This document shows positions 58,469-64,000 of a DNA stretch of 64,000 nucleotides, piece after piece. Every line of letters starts with the position of its first letter. Within the stretch, counting starts at the first letter, position 1. The notes under the pieces are model-generated. The model saw nothing but the letters and a program-made list of their open reading frames with translations. It ran no database searches and was not told the DNA's origin. Location of the stretch: NCBI RefSeq assembly GCF_009914755.1, contig NC_060937.1, one strand, 5' to 3'. A program made the position numbers and the translations under genes. Origin of the DNA: the human T2T-CHM13v2.0 reference genome, Homo sapiens.

Positions 58469-58594
58469 TTCCACATCTAGTTCACAAACCACACTAATTT
58501 ACACTTTTCACATTACGCAGTCTGAGTAAAACCCACCCCACCCTCCACCCAGCTACTGACGAAACCCCTTCTCTACAACTTATTAAAAAGATTA

Positions 58595-62045
<3,451 letters not shown>

Positions 62046-62096
62046 AGAAAAGAAATAAAATGAAAGAAAAGTCACTGTATCGCTACTGGGCTAGGA

Positions 62097-63880
<1,784 letters not shown>

Positions 63881-64000
63881 TCAGAGCCCTTTTGCCGGGG
63901 AGGGCCCTGCCCCTTCCACGAAAGTGAGAAGCGCCTGCTTAGAGAGGCAGAGAGGAATCTAGACAGACGGTCCTTGCTAGGCTTCGCCACTCGGTGTATG

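Overview
Human/great-ape (primate) DNA with no intact protein-coding gene, resembling a pericentromeric or acrocentric-type segmental-duplication mosaic. Left part (1-44 kb): a decayed class I ERV (LTR-gag-pro-pol) carrying nested LTR5, THE1 and Alu insertions; an orphan TUBB8-family promoter and exon 1; old and young L1s, including a full-length L1PA at 35.4-41.6 kb; MaLR LTRs, Alus, a VNTR and a tiny beta-satellite island. Right part (44-64 kb): a chain of fragments from tandem-array families. In order: 5S rDNA spacer (no 5S gene); two D4Z4-like units with minus-strand DUX4-like pseudogenes, separated by a 5'-inverted (twin-primed) PCMTD1 retrocopy with a 16-bp TSD; Tigger1 with a solo LTR5; and a diverged copy of the 45S rDNA intergenic spacer. 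All family assignments come from recalled consensus or reference sequences, not from a search. Repeat boundaries are approximate unless a TSD is given. I found no convincing wholly new functional system. The best leads are the retrocopy-donated poly(A) signal inside a D4Z4-like array, the HD1/HD2-fused DUX copy, and the 5S/D4Z4/45S-IGS mosaic.
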